A stretch of DNA of 53,851 nt, counting the filler, from a bacterium (GTDB lineage: Bacteria > JBDRGX01): NCBI GenBank assembly GCA_043817485.1. It is 8 parts of 8 records of this genome, joined end to end, with 100 filler letters (N's around TTAATTAATTAA, not from the genome) between each part and the next. Parts side by side here need not be neighbours in the genome. Positions count along the whole stretch, not along the records: positions 25,606 to 30,492 come from JBDRGX010000140.1; positions 30,593 to 36,719 come from JBDRGX010000141.1; positions 36,820 to 40,264 come from JBDRGX010000142.1; positions 40,365 to 45,024 come from JBDRGX010000143.1; 4 more parts are not named here. One strand, given 5' to 3'. This document shows, in pieces, positions 30,353-42,074 of the stretch. How positions within the stretch are numbered: the first letter of the stretch is position 1; each line of letters opens with the position of its first letter. The translations under genes were made by a program, and so were the position numbers. Under the pieces are notes generated by a model, which did no database searches, was not told the DNA's origin, and worked only from the letters and a program-made list of their open reading frames with translations.

Positions 30353-30492
30353 GAGACTGTGTCGCAATAGAAATTTGGCATGAGAAGTATACAACATGTT
30401 GTGCCAATATTAGCAATAAATACTATATATGGGATAGTTTTGCCATTAATTATCAATTGTATATATAAAGACTTAAATTAGTTGATATAAAG
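30353..30492 (+). mobile_element. 140-bp repeated element end, second copy
   Basis: identical to 25366..25505; ends at contig break. Confidence 0.7.
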
Positions 30493-30592
30493 NNNNNNNN
30501 NNNNNNNNNNNNNNNNNNNNNNNNNNNNNNNNNNNNTTAATTAATTAANNNNNNNNNNNNNNNNNNNNNNNNNNNNNNNNNNNNNNNNNNNN
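30493..30592. other. artificial contig spacer
   Basis: N-run with TTAATTAATTAA. Confidence 0.98.
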
Positions 30593-32529
30593 TCAACATA
30601 TCCTAAATTAACATCTCCTGAATTAACATTTTTTTCTGCATTAAATAAATTAATACTCCCAGGTGTATATATTTTTCCTGAATATTCTGCACCACTATAA
30701 ATTCCTGTTCTAATACCACCGTGTGTTTTTTTATTAGGGACATCATCCCAAGCATAAGCAAATAAATCACCAGTTAAAACTAATCCTTGACCAGTCATTG
30801 CCTCAGAAGTAATTTCAATTCCATGATAGGGGACATTCCCAGTCCAACCTCCAGCCCAAAGATCTCCATTGATTATTAATTTACTTGTTACACTATGAAT
30901 ATTAATATAATTTCTTGCTGCAATATTTCCATTTATTTCTGTAGGAACTTGTGTCCCTGCTATAATTTTTACATCTGCTTGTGAATAAATATTTGCATTA
31001 TTTTGTATGTTTTCATTTTGTATGTTTCCAGCATAATGATAAATAATTATACCTTTAGGAGTTGGTGAATTTGGAATAGTAGTAGCATAACTTCTTAATT
31101 CAGCATTGATAATTAAAGAATGTGGTGCTATATTAAAAATGGAAACTAAAACTAGCTCATTTAAAGAACAAAAAGGTGCATTAATCATTATATCTGTTGT
31201 AGGATAAATAGGTCTTTTAGTCTCTACAGGTATATATATAATATCTCCAAATAAAATATTAGTAGCTAACATTCCAACAGATAAAGTTTTATTTCCAGCA
31301 GGATTTAAAAAATTAGAATGTGGTGATATAAAAGAAAAATCAATAAATCCTCTTTCACTAAGTATTGTTTGAATATTTCCAGGTCTTATTGGAGAAGTTT
31401 CTGAAGAAGCAGTAGCAATTAAGGCACCTTGTCCAGTAATATTGATTGCTGTATCAGGAGGGTTATGTCCATCTCCTAATACAATATCTCCTTCTACATA
31501 AATTATTCCAGATTGAATTGCGTTTCCAGGTAAATTAATATTGCCACTTAAATAAAGAATTCCGTTAACATTATCCCAAGTTGCATTACCTGGTCCAGCA
31601 ACAATAGGTGGATTAGGTTCAATAACTCCGCCACGAATAAAAACATATTGAGCAGAAGCAAGATAATCAGCAGGAACAATACTATAACTTGGAGGGTCTG
31701 GATTCCCTGTAAATCCAATTGGAAGTGTATTTGTTGCAGTTAAATCTGGTCTTCCTAATATTGGATCTCTAAGTTGAACTAAAGGAGTATAATCTGGTGA
31801 TGAAGGTGATTCTAATATAGGCATATCAATAGTAGTAGGATAAACACCAGGTCCTACTATTTGATCAATAAGAGGATATGGGCTTAGTTCTTGTCCATCA
31901 ATAGTAATAGTTCCAGATTTAGAAATTCCATTAAGAGCTTCAACATTTCCTGTGATATTCATATTTCCTGAACTTGAAAGATTTATTGATGGATTTGAAA
32001 CTCTGTCTGAATGAAGATGTCCAGTAATATTCAAATTCCCATTACTATTAACTTCTAATAAAGCATTTCTTGTAACTAAAACATAATTTAATGGATATGT
32101 AACAAATTTTTTAACAATAGATGTTTTTGTATATTTAATATATTGATTACTTCCTGTTTTTTTATAAGGTTTTCTCATAGAAGCAATTACAATACAATAA
32201 TTAGTATTAGGCCTTTCATCGATAATTTCTAAATCAATAACTTGTTTTGCTAAATTACTTGTTTCATTTGGATAATCATCTTTTATTTTATAAATATAAG
32301 GACCTGTAGGAGATATATTATTTGCTACTTTTTCGTGAATAATAGTTAAAGATCGTTGAATTGCAGATTCTAATAAATTAAAACATTGAAATTCTTCTTT
32401 TTTTTCTCTAATTAAACAAGAAAGAAAACTATTTTTTTGAAGCAAAAAAGTTGCGCAAATTGTTATAATAGAAATAAAAGATAAAATAACAATCCAAAGA
32501 CTTCCTTTTTGGTTTTTAAATTTATTCAT
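30593..32529 (-). CDS. large PilX-like minor pilin/adhesin, 3' truncated
   Basis: MNKFKNQKG-SLWIVIL class III-like signal, AGGAGA RBS; repeated IYVEGDI/INGNI beta-solenoid-like motifs, Pro-rich middle. Confidence 0.55.
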
Positions 32530-32704
32530 ATTATTATTTCTCCTTATTTTTTTTGTAAAAATCAAAGTTTTTAGGTAGAAAATTTTTACAATGATTTTTT
32601 TGATTTGTCAAATTTTTTAAATTTAATTTTTTTTGTAAAAAATAAAAGATTTATTGACATAAAATATTATTTTTGGAATATATTGGTAGAAACATTTGTA
32701 TTTA

Positions 32705-32855
32705 TTGAAAATTGAAAATTTATTTTGGGTTTCGATATTCGTTAATCCTCAATCTAAAATCCAAAATCTAAAATTTCTATGATATTTGGATTTCGAATTT
32801 TCCCTTTGGTAGAAATATTCGAATTTATTTTAAATTGAAAATTTCAAATTTATTT
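32705..32855. repeat. low-complexity ~7-mer repeat region
   Basis: aatctaaaatccaaaatctaaaat; ttggatttcgaattt; ttgaaaattgaaaatt. Confidence 0.5.
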
Positions 32856-32889
32856 CTGGTTTTCTTTTATATTTTAATAGAGGTCTCTT

Positions 32890-34041
32890 TTGAATATTCT
32901 TTATATAAATTATGAATTTCCTCCTTTAGGCGGAGGAGGAGGTGTTGCTAATTTTTATGTAGCAAAAATTTTGGCTCAAAATCATAATGTAGTAGTTATT
33001 ACAAGTTTGTTTAAAGGATTAGACAAGTTTTCTAATATTTTTAATATAAATATTTATCGTGTACCAGTTTTATTTAGAGCAAAAAAAGAAATTTCTTCTT
33101 TTTTTTCTCTTCTTTTTTTTATTCCATCTGCTTTGTATCAAGGTTATAAATTACTTAAAAAAAATAAAATTGATTTAATTAATGCTCATTTTGCGATTCC
33201 TTCAGGGATTGTAGGTGTTATTTTATCTAAAATATTTAAAATTCCTTGTATAATTAGTACTCATGGAGGAGATATTTATGATCCGAGTAAAAAATTTTCT
33301 CCACATAAAAATTTTATTTTAAAAAAAATTGTTTCTTATGTATTGAAAAATTCAAAAAAAATTGTTGTAGTTTCTTCTGATATGAAAAATAAAATAAATA
33401 AGTATTATCAAATTTTTGATAATATACAAATTATTCCTAATCCTTTACCTATTATGAATTATAAAGTTGTTTCAAGAAAAGAATTAAATTTAGATTCAAA
33501 AACATTTATTATTATTTCAATAGGTAGATTAATTAAAAGAAAAAGATATGATATTTTATTAAAGGCATTATCTTGTTTTGAAAATAAAGAAAAAATTTTA
33601 CTTATTATTATTGGAGAAGGGCCTGAAAGAAAAAAATTAGAAGAGTTAAAAAAACAATTAAAAATCAATGTACAATTTTTAGGATATTTAACAGAACAAG
33701 AAAAATTTAATTATTTGTCCTATTCTGATTTATTTGTTCTTCCTTCATCACATGAAGCTTTTGGCATTGTTTTTTTAGAAGCAATGTATTCAGCGTTATC
33801 TATAATTGCTGAAAAAAATGGAGGACAAGTTGATTTTTTGAAAAATGAAGAAAATGCCTTTTTAGTTGATTTCACAAATTTCAAAGAAGTTTGTGAAAAA
33901 ATATCTTTATTATTTAATGATGAAAATCTAAGAAAAAAAATGGGTAATGCAAATAAAGAAAAAGTTAAAGAATATTCTTTAGAAAAAATTAGTTTAATGT
34001 ACGAAAATTTATATAAAGAGATTTTAAAAAAAAATGTTTAG
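32890..34041 (+). CDS. GT4 glycosyltransferase
   Basis: EFPPLGGG, IGRLIKRK, EAFGIVFLEAM. Confidence 0.9.
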   Translation: MNILYINYEFPPLGGGGGVANFYVAKILAQNHNVVVITSLFKGLDKFSNIFNINIYRVPVLFRAKKEISSFFSLLFFIPSALYQGYKLLKKNKIDLINAHFAIPSGIVGVILSKIFKIPCIISTHGGDIYDPSKKFSPHKNFILKKIVSYVLKNSKKIVVVSSDMKNKINKYYQIFDNIQIIPNPLPIMNYKVVSRKELNLDSKTFIIISIGRLIKRKRYDILLKALSCFENKEKILLIIIGEGPERKKLEELKKQLKINVQFLGYLTEQEKFNYLSYSDLFVLPSSHEAFGIVFLEAMYSALSIIAEKNGGQVDFLKNEENAFLVDFTNFKEVCEKISLLFNDENLRKKMGNANKEKVKEYSLEKISLMYENLYKEILKKNV

Positions 34042-34987
34042 CATAATTATTCCTAATTGGAATGGCAAAAAATATTTAGAAGAATGTATTTTATTTTTAA
34101 AAAAACAATCTTTTCAAAATTATGAAATTATTGTTATTGATAATGGTTCAAAAGATGATTCTGTTCAATTTTTAAAGGAAATATATTCTGATATTATTAT
34201 AATAGAAAATAAAAAAAATTTAGGTTTTTGTAAAGCAGTAAATCAAGGAATTAAAAAAGCAAAACAAGAATTTATAATTGTTTTAAATAATGATGTAATT
34301 GTTCAAAAAAATTGGTTAGAAAATTTATCTAAAAATATTAAAAATGATAAAATAGGAATGTGGGGATCTAAAATTCTATATTATCACAATCCTAAAATAA
34401 TAAATTCTACGGGTATTTTAATAACACCCGATTTGACTACTTTTAATAGAGGGATTGATGAATTAGATAAAGGACAATATGATAAAGAATATGATATTTT
34501 AGGACCTTCTGCTGCTTGTGCAATGTATAGAAAAACAATGTTAGAAGAAATTGGTTTATTTGATGAAAATTATTTTTGTTATAGAGAAGATGATGAATTA
34601 GCATTAAGGGCTCAAATCAAAGGCTGGAAAGCTGTATTTGTTTCAGATGCAATTTGTTTTCATCATCGTTCTGCAAGTACGGGAATATATTCTTTATTTA
34701 AACTTTATTATACTGAAAGAAATAGAATTTTTAATGTAATAAAATTTTTAAATTTTAAGCAAATTTTAAAAGCAAATTTTTATACAATTTTTCGTTATTT
34801 TAATTTTTTCAAAAAACCTATTTTAAGAAAAGAATCTAAAAATTCAATTTTAAAATTCTTTTTTATTTTGTGTAAATCTTATTTTTTTGCATTATTTTAT
34901 TTACCTAAAATGTTAATTAAAAGATATAAAATACAACCCAAAAAACAAATAATACAAGAATTATTAAAAAAATATGAATACAAATAA
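34034..34987 (+). CDS. GT2 glycosyltransferase (rhamnosyltransferase-like)
   Basis: IIIPNWNG, DNGSKD, LNND, FDENYFCYRED. Confidence 0.9.
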   Translation: MFSIIIPNWNGKKYLEECILFLKKQSFQNYEIIVIDNGSKDDSVQFLKEIYSDIIIIENKKNLGFCKAVNQGIKKAKQEFIIVLNNDVIVQKNWLENLSKNIKNDKIGMWGSKILYYHNPKIINSTGILITPDLTTFNRGIDELDKGQYDKEYDILGPSAACAMYRKTMLEEIGLFDENYFCYREDDELALRAQIKGWKAVFVSDAICFHHRSASTGIYSLFKLYYTERNRIFNVIKFLNFKQILKANFYTIFRYFNFFKKPILRKESKNSILKFFFILCKSYFFALFYLPKMLIKRYKIQPKKQIIQELLKKYEYK

Positions 34988-35981
34988 AAAAAATATAGCA
35001 TCAGTTATTATTTGCAATTATAATGGTTATAAATATTTAAATACTTGTTTACAATCTTTGAAAGAACAATTATTTAAAGATTTTGAAGTTATATTAGTAG
35101 ATAATGGTTCTAATGATAATTCTGTAGAATTTGTAAAAGAAAAATTTTCAGAAATAAAAATAATTAGTCATCAAAAAAATTTAGGATTTGCTGAAGGAAC
35201 TAATTCTGGTATTAAAAAAGCAAAAGGTAAATATATTATAACTTTAAATAATGATACAAAAGTAGATAAAAATTGGTTAAAACAATTAGTTGAAAAAGCC
35301 AATTTAGATAATCAAGTTGGTATGTGTGCTTCTCATATTGTTTATTATGAGTTTCCAGAATTTGTATATTCTAATGGAATTATTTTATCTAAAAATGGAT
35401 GTGCTTATAATATAGGTAGTTGGCAAAAAGATACAAATGAAAAAAAAGTAAAAGAAATTTTTGGTCCTTGTGCTTGTGCAGCTCTTTATAAAAAAGAAAT
35501 GTTAGAAGGAATTGGCTTATTTGATGAAGATTATTTTGCTTATTATGAAGATACAGATTTAGCTTTTCGTGCTCAATTACAAGGATGGAAATGTTTGTAT
35601 GTTCCAGAAGCAATTGTTTATCATATACATGGAGCAACAAGTAAAACATTTGGATTTAATAAAATAAAATTTTTAGTAGAAAGAAATAAATTTTATACAT
35701 TAGTCAAAAATTTACCTTTAATATATTTTATTAAATTTTTACCTTTTATGATTTTTTATCACATTCTTTTAAGTTTTTATTATTTGTTTGTAAATAAAAA
35801 TATACCTGTAATCAAAGGATTTTTAGTTGCTTTATGGAATATAAAAAAACTTTTAAAAAAAAGAAAAAAAATTCAAAAAAATAAAAAAATAAAAAATGAT
35901 TATTTAAATAAATATTTTTTAGCTGAAATTCAAAAATATCTATTTTTTAATTTATTTAAAAGCAAAAAGAAATTTTTATAA
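34974..35981 (+). CDS. GT2 glycosyltransferase, paralogue of upstream gene
   Basis: DNGSND, LNNDT, FDEDYFAYYEDTD. Confidence 0.9.
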   Translation: MNTNKKNIASVIICNYNGYKYLNTCLQSLKEQLFKDFEVILVDNGSNDNSVEFVKEKFSEIKIISHQKNLGFAEGTNSGIKKAKGKYIITLNNDTKVDKNWLKQLVEKANLDNQVGMCASHIVYYEFPEFVYSNGIILSKNGCAYNIGSWQKDTNEKKVKEIFGPCACAALYKKEMLEGIGLFDEDYFAYYEDTDLAFRAQLQGWKCLYVPEAIVYHIHGATSKTFGFNKIKFLVERNKFYTLVKNLPLIYFIKFLPFMIFYHILLSFYYLFVNKNIPVIKGFLVALWNIKKLLKKRKKIQKNKKIKNDYLNKYFLAEIQKYLFFNLFKSKKKFL

Positions 35982-36012
35982 TTTTTGGTAGAATACAAGA
36001 AGGTTTTTATAA

Positions 36013-36719
36013 ATGAATATTATTTTTATTTCAAGCGTTGGTTGGTTTTCTATAATAGAAAGAAAAGAACATTTTATTAAAAGATTTCCGTTAAATTGGC
36101 AAATTTTAGCAATTTCTCCTTTTAAATTAAAAGAAAAATCAAATTATAAAAATCAATATAAAAATATTAAAATTTTAAAAATTCCATTTTTAAATAATAC
36201 TAATTACAAAATACTTGAAAAATTTTTTTCTATTAAAATTATAAGAACATTAATAGAAATAATAATATCTTTATGGATATGTATATTGATAAAAAAAAAA
36301 TATAAAAATCCAGTTATTATTACTGAAAACATTTATTGGGCAAATATTTTAAAAGTATTTAAACCAATTAAAATATATTTTGATTATTGTGATAATTTTC
36401 TTGCTTTTAAAAATACACCTTTATGGGCAAAAGAATATTTTGAAAAAACTATTTCTATAAGTGATACTGTTTTTGCAAGTTCAAATTTTTTATTTAATCA
36501 AATAAAACAAATCAATCCTTCTAAAAAAATATATTTAATTGGTAATGGTGTAGATACAAAACATTTTGATAAAGATAAAATATATTTTATCCCAGAAAAA
36601 TTAAAAAATATAAAAAGCAAAATTATTGGTTTTATGGGAACTATTTCTAATTGGTTTGATTTTGAATTGGTAAAAGAAATTGCTTCTCAATTTAAAAAAG
36701 AAACTATTTTGTTAATTGG
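36013..36719 (+). CDS. GT-B (TuaH-like) glycosyltransferase, 3' truncated
   Basis: FDYCD, GNGVD, IGFMGTISNWFD. Confidence 0.7.
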
Positions 36720-36819
36720 NNNNNNNNNNNNNNNNNNNNNNNNNNNNNNNNNNNNNNNNNNNNTTAATTAATTAANNNNNNNNNNNNNNNNNNNNNNNNN
36801 NNNNNNNNNNNNNNNNNNN
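36720..36819. other. artificial contig spacer
   Basis: N-run with TTAATTAATTAA. Confidence 0.98.
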
Positions 36820-36921
36820 GTTGAAAATAATTTCCTTGTTTTTTTAAATGATGAAACAAATAAAGTAAATGTAGTTTATGAACTTGATAATATGGTTTAT
36901 GGACTTATTGAAACAAATTAA
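36820..36921 (+). CDS. hpf: C-terminus of long ribosome hibernation promoting factor (partial)
   Basis: FLVFLNDETNKVNVVY...YGLIETN*. Confidence 0.7.
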   Translation, partial: VENNFLVFLNDETNKVNVVYELDNMVYGLIETN

Positions 36922-36990
36922 AAAAAACTAAATTTTTTAATTTTAAAATTATATTCCATTTTTGAACAAACTCTAAAAAAGGAGATAATT

Positions 36991-37575
36991 ATGAATTTAA
37001 TTCCTATAGTAGTAGAACAAACATCTCGAGGAGAAAGATCTTATGATATATATTCTCGATTACTTAAAGATAGAATTATATTTATTGGGACACCAATTGA
37101 TTCTTATGTTGCCAATTTAATTGTTGCTCAACTTTTATTTTTAGAAGCTGAAGATCCAGACAAAGATATTCATATGTATATCAATAGTCCTGGTGGAATA
37201 GTAAATGATGGCTTAGCCATTTATGATACAATGCAATTTATTAAACCCAATATATCTACTACTTGTGTAGGATTTGCAGCAAGTATGAGTTCTCTTCTTT
37301 TAGCAGCTGGAACAAAAGGAAAAAGATATTCTTTACCTAATGGAAGAATTCTTATTCATCAACCATTAGGCGGAGTACAAGGACAAGCATCAGATATAGA
37401 TATTCAAGCAAAAGAAATTTTATATACCCGCAAAAAACTTAATGATTTATTAGTAAAACATACAAAACAACCATTAGAAAAAATTGAAAAAAATACAGAT
37501 AGAGATTATTTTATGTCTGCAGAAGAAGCAAAAGATTATGGAATTATCGATGAAGTAATTACTCATAGAAAATAA
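36991..37575 (+). CDS. clpP: Clp protease proteolytic subunit
   Basis: [26 protein letters not shown]. Confidence 0.97.
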   Translation: MNLIPIVVEQTSRGERSYDIYSRLLKDRIIFIGTPIDSYVANLIVAQLLFLEAEDPDKDIHMYINSPGGIVNDGLAIYDTMQFIKPNISTTCVGFAASMSSLLLAAGTKGKRYSLPNGRILIHQPLGGVQGQASDIDIQAKEILYTRKKLNDLLVKHTKQPLEKIEKNTDRDYFMSAEEAKDYGIIDEVITHRK

Positions 37576-37766
37576 TTTATTTAATAAAAAATAAAATCAA
37601 AACACAAAAATCTATTTTTTAAATTAAAAAAAATTAATATTAAATTGCATTCAAAATAATAACAAGACCAGAAGGCAACGAAAGTATATAAGTGTTACTT
37701 TGAAAAAAGCCACACAGTTAGTATTTGAATGTGATTTGGTATAAAATATTAAAAATTAGGAAAACA

Positions 37767-39026
37767 ATGGCAAGTAAATATAAAAAAACTTCTATTAATT
37801 GTTCATTTTGTGGAAAACCTCAAAATGAAGTTGAAAAAATAGTTACAGGAAATTCTGCTTATATTTGTAATGAATGTATTTCTTTATGTTCAGAAATAAT
37901 AAAAAAAGAACTTACAGAAAAAACTCATATTAATAATCATTATCAATTTCCAAATCAACTTCCAAAACCACAAGTAATTAAATCTACTTTAGATAATTAT
38001 GTAATTTCACAAGAAAAAGTAAAAAAAATATTAAGTGTTGCAGTTTACAATCATTATAAAAGAATAAATGCAAATATCAATTCTTCAAATATAGAAATAG
38101 AAAAAAGCAATGTTCTTTTAATAGGACCTACAGGAACTGGAAAAACTCTTATTGCTCAAACTCTTGCTAAAATTTTAGATGTTCCTTTTGCTATTGCTGA
38201 TGCAACCACTTTAACTGAAGCTGGATATGTTGGAGAAGATGTAGAAAATGTTATTTTAAGATTACTTCAAAACTGTAATTTTGATGTAGCAAAAACATCA
38301 AAAGGAATAATTTATATTGATGAAATAGACAAAATAGCTCGTAAATCAGAAAATGTTTCTATTACTCGAGATGTTTCAGGAGAAGGAGTTCAACAATCTT
38401 TGTTGAAAATATTAGAAGGAACAATAGCCAATATTCCACCTCAAGGAGGTCGTAAACATCCTCAACAAACATTTATTCCAGTTGATACAACAAATATATT
38501 ATTTATTTGTGGTGGAGCATTTGTTGGATTAGATAAAATTATTAAAGAAAGAATTGGTCGAAAAACAGTTGGCTTTGGAGCAGAAATAAAATCTAAAAAA
38601 GAAATATCTTTAACTGAAATTCTTTCTCAAGTTGCTCCTGAAGATTTAATAAAATATGGATTAATTCCAGAATTTGTTGGAAGACTTCCTATTGTTGGAA
38701 TAATGGAAAATTTGGATGAAAAAGCTTTAATGCAAATTTTAACAGAACCAAAAAATGCAATTATTAAACAATATCAAAAAATTTTAGAAATAGAAGGAAT
38801 TAAATTAGATTTTACAAAAGAAGCTTTATCTTCTATAGTAAAACAAACAATTAAAAAATCAATTGGAGCCAGGGGCTTAAGATCAATATTAGAAGAAACA
38901 ATGTTAGAAATAATGTATGAAGCCCCTTCAATAGAAGGACTTAAAGAATGCTTAATTACAGAAGAAGTAATTGCTCAAAAAGGACATTTGCAATCTTTGC
39001 TTAAAAATTTTAATAAAAAAACATAG
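37767..39026 (+). CDS. clpX: Clp protease ATPase subunit
   Basis: CSFCGK zinc finger, [17 protein letters not shown] loop; start set at ATG 37767. Confidence 0.97.
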   Translation: MASKYKKTSINCSFCGKPQNEVEKIVTGNSAYICNECISLCSEIIKKELTEKTHINNHYQFPNQLPKPQVIKSTLDNYVISQEKVKKILSVAVYNHYKRINANINSSNIEIEKSNVLLIGPTGTGKTLIAQTLAKILDVPFAIADATTLTEAGYVGEDVENVILRLLQNCNFDVAKTSKGIIYIDEIDKIARKSENVSITRDVSGEGVQQSLLKILEGTIANIPPQGGRKHPQQTFIPVDTTNILFICGGAFVGLDKIIKERIGRKTVGFGAEIKSKKEISLTEILSQVAPEDLIKYGLIPEFVGRLPIVGIMENLDEKALMQILTEPKNAIIKQYQKILEIEGIKLDFTKEALSSIVKQTIKKSIGARGLRSILEETMLEIMYEAPSIEGLKECLITEEVIAQKGHLQSLLKNFNKKT

Positions 39027-39034
39027 AGGTTTTT

Positions 39035-40180
39035 ATGTTTATTGTTGCAGATGAAAATATTCCTTATGTAAAAGAAGCTTTTAAAAATATAGGAGAAATA
39101 CATCTTTTATCTGGAAGAAAAATATCTTCTAATATTTTAAATAAAGCAGATATTTTATTAGTTCGCTCTATAACAAAAGTAAATAAAGATTTACTTGATA
39201 AAACCTCTGTTAAATTCGTAGGTACAGCCACAATAGGAACAGATCATATTGATACAGAATATCTTTCAAAACAAAATATTGCATTTGCAAGTGCTCCTGG
39301 TTCAAATGCTAATTCAGTAGCTGAATATTTTCTTTCAGCTTTAATGGCTTTGTCTAAAAAATTTCAAATTGATTTAAGTACAAAAACTGTTGGAATTATT
39401 GGAATAGGAAATGTTGGAAGTAAAGTAATAGAAAAAGCAAAAGCATTAGGAATGCAAATTCTTCAAAACGACCCCCCTTTATTTCGTAAAACTAAAAATC
39501 CTTATTTCTTGCCATTAGATGAAATTTTTAAAGCAGATATTATTACCCTTCATGTTCCTTTAATTATGGAAGGAATAGATAAAACATATCATTTAGTGAA
39601 CGATCTTTTTTTAAGCAAAATGAAAAAAGGAAGTATTTTAATTAATACTTGTCGAGGAAAAGTAATTGAAGAAGAAAGTTTATTAAATGCTTTAAAAACA
39701 AAACATTTAAAAGGCGTAGTTTTAGATGTTTGGAATAATGAACCAAAAATAAATCTTGAATTGCTTAATTTAGTTGATATAGGAACTCCTCATATTGCTG
39801 GATATTCTTTAGATGGAAAAGTAAAAGGAACAGAAATGCTTTATAATGCAGTTTGTGATTATTTTCAAATTCCAAAACAATGGAATCCTTGGTTAACACT
39901 ACCTTCTCAAAACATACAAAAAATAACAATAGAAAACACTTTGAAAACACATTTTGAAATAATTCAAGAAGTAATTTTAAAAGCTTATAATATTTTAGAA
40001 GATGATCAAAATTTACGCAAAATATCAGAATATTCTTTAGAAAAACAAGGGGAATATTTTGATAATCTTCGAAAAAAATATCCAATAAGAAGAGAATTTA
40101 AAAATATTAATATACATTTTCAAAATGATTTTTTAAGAGTAAAAAATATTTTAGGAAAATTAGAATTTAAAATAGATTGA
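39035..40180 (+). CDS. pdxB: 4-phosphoerythronate dehydrogenase
   Basis: VADENIP, TATIGTDH, APGSNANSVAEY, TPHIAGYSLDGK. Confidence 0.9.
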   Translation: MFIVADENIPYVKEAFKNIGEIHLLSGRKISSNILNKADILLVRSITKVNKDLLDKTSVKFVGTATIGTDHIDTEYLSKQNIAFASAPGSNANSVAEYFLSALMALSKKFQIDLSTKTVGIIGIGNVGSKVIEKAKALGMQILQNDPPLFRKTKNPYFLPLDEIFKADIITLHVPLIMEGIDKTYHLVNDLFLSKMKKGSILINTCRGKVIEEESLLNALKTKHLKGVVLDVWNNEPKINLELLNLVDIGTPHIAGYSLDGKVKGTEMLYNAVCDYFQIPKQWNPWLTLPSQNIQKITIENTLKTHFEIIQEVILKAYNILEDDQNLRKISEYSLEKQGEYFDNLRKKYPIRREFKNINIHFQNDFLRVKNILGKLEFKID

Positions 40181-40205
40181 CATAAATTTAAAATAATTTT
40201 AAATT
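40177..40205 (+). promoter_or_regulatory. sigma70-type promoter for a truncated gene starting at 40240 (MKKIILSC...)
   Basis: TTGACA-N17-TAAATT followed by GGAGGTG RBS. Confidence 0.45.
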
Positions 40206-40264
40206 TAGTCATTAAACATTTTTTTATGGAGGTGAAAAAATGAAAAAAATAATTTTAAGTTGTT

Positions 40265-40364
40265 NNNNNNNNNNNNNNNNNNNNNNNNNNNNNNNNNNNN
40301 NNNNNNNNTTAATTAATTAANNNNNNNNNNNNNNNNNNNNNNNNNNNNNNNNNNNNNNNNNNNN
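40265..40364. other. artificial contig spacer
   Basis: N-run with TTAATTAATTAA. Confidence 0.98.
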
Positions 40365-40384
40365 TAGAACTAATTGAAATTTAA

Positions 40385-40500
40385 TATATCATGCCTACGG
40401 CATTTGTTATTATGCGAGAATGATTTTTTCTACCGATATATTGTCCCGATGGGACATTTATGGATAAAGTACAATGATAATTTGTTCCATAGGAAACGAA
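40385..40500. repeat. cluster of three short REP-like hairpins
   Basis: ATGCC-TAC-GGCAT; CTACCGATATAT-TGTCCC-GAT-GGGACA; TTCC-ATA-GGAA. Confidence 0.6.
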
Positions 40501-40758
40501 TTATTGAAAAAAACGAAACAAATCCGAATGACAAAAATACAAATGTTTGAAACAAAATCTGTTTTAAATATTTGGGTTTCAAATTTTCCCTTTTGATAGT
40601 TTGCAACATTTTATTTTTAATTGCAACTTGGTATAAGAATATATAAAGAAATAAAAAAAATTATAATAATAGGTAGACAGAAATTTTAGGTTATGGTATT
40701 TTTCCACAATAACTAAAGTTTGTAATTTTTAAACACATTAAAAAATTAAGAGGAAATA

Positions 40759-42066
40759 TTGAAACAAATTGTAATATTAGGTGCGGGAATAACGGGATTA
40801 AGCACAGCTTTTCATTTAAAACACAATTATGAAATTTTTGAAAAAGAAGATATATCTGGAGGTTTATGTAGAAGCAATAAAATAAATGATTTTATTTTTG
40901 ATTATACAGGACATTTGCTTCATTTTAAAAATGAAAGAGTAAAAAATCTTTGTTTTAATTTACTTGAAAACAATTTAAAACAAAAAAAAAGAAATGCTTA
41001 TGTTCATTTATTAAACCAAGATATAAAATATCCTTTTCAACTTTATTTTGGAAATCTTCCTTCTAATGTTGTAATTGAATGTATTTTGAGTTTATTAGAA
41101 GAACAAGAAAAAAAGAAATGTTTTTTATGTCAGGGGAAAATACAGCAAATTAAAAATTTTCAAGACTGGATGATAGCAAATTATGGAAAAGGAATTTCCA
41201 AATATTTTATGATTCCTTATAATGAAAAATTGTGGCAATTTCCATTAACAAAAATGAGTTTTGAATGGATAAATAAAACTATTCCAAATTTAAAACAAAT
41301 AGATATTTTGAAATCTGCATTTTTAAAACATCAATCTAATATTGGATATAATGCTTTTTTTTGGTATCCTTCAAAAGATGGTATTGAAAAATTAGTTCAA
41401 GCATTTAATTCTCATATTAAAAAAGTAAATTTAAAAGAAGAAATTTATCGTATTTCTTTGAAAGATCATCTTTTATATTTTAAAAGTGGTATAAAAATAA
41501 AGTATGATAAATTAGTTTCTACTATTCCTTTACCAGAACTTATTACGATGATAGATGAAATTCCTTTGGAAATAAAAAAAGTTTGTAAAAATTTAAAATG
41601 GACATCTGTTTATAATCTTAACATAGGATTAAATAAATCGTTGACAAATAAAAAACATTGGATATATTTTCCAGAAAAACAATATCCTTTTTATAGAATT
41701 GGCTTTTATTCTAATTTTTCTTCTTATTTAGTTCCAGAAAATAAAAGTTCTATTTATACAGAATTTGCATATTTTTCTGATTCAAAAATAAACAAAAAAG
41801 ATATTAAAAATAAAACAATAAAAAGTTTAATAGATATTGGGATTATAAACTCTGATCAAGAAATTTTATTTATGCAAGAAAATGATATAAAGTATGCTTA
41901 TGTTATTTATGATCTTACATATAAAGAAAATATGAATTTAATTAAAAATTTTTTAACAAAACACAATATTTATTCCATTGGTCGTTTTGGTGGTTGGCAA
42001 TATTTTTCAATAGAAGATTGTATTTTAGAAGGAATAGAAACAGCGCAATTTTTAAATAAAATATGA
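40759..42066 (+). CDS. FAD-dependent oxidoreductase (protoporphyrinogen oxidase/UDP-galactopyranose mutase-like)
   Basis: LGAGITGLS, GGLCRS, FDYTGH, PYNEKLW, GRFGGWQY. Confidence 0.8.
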   Translation: MKQIVILGAGITGLSTAFHLKHNYEIFEKEDISGGLCRSNKINDFIFDYTGHLLHFKNERVKNLCFNLLENNLKQKKRNAYVHLLNQDIKYPFQLYFGNLPSNVVIECILSLLEEQEKKKCFLCQGKIQQIKNFQDWMIANYGKGISKYFMIPYNEKLWQFPLTKMSFEWINKTIPNLKQIDILKSAFLKHQSNIGYNAFFWYPSKDGIEKLVQAFNSHIKKVNLKEEIYRISLKDHLLYFKSGIKIKYDKLVSTIPLPELITMIDEIPLEIKKVCKNLKWTSVYNLNIGLNKSLTNKKHWIYFPEKQYPFYRIGFYSNFSSYLVPENKSSIYTEFAYFSDSKINKKDIKNKTIKSLIDIGIINSDQEILFMQENDIKYAYVIYDLTYKENMNLIKNFLTKHNIYSIGRFGGWQYFSIEDCILEGIETAQFLNKI

Positions 42067-42074
42067 GGTAAAAA

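Noticed and set aside
30303-30416. N-terminal extension of the C25 ORF
   Set aside because: It runs into the repeat element; the signal peptide begins at 30302.
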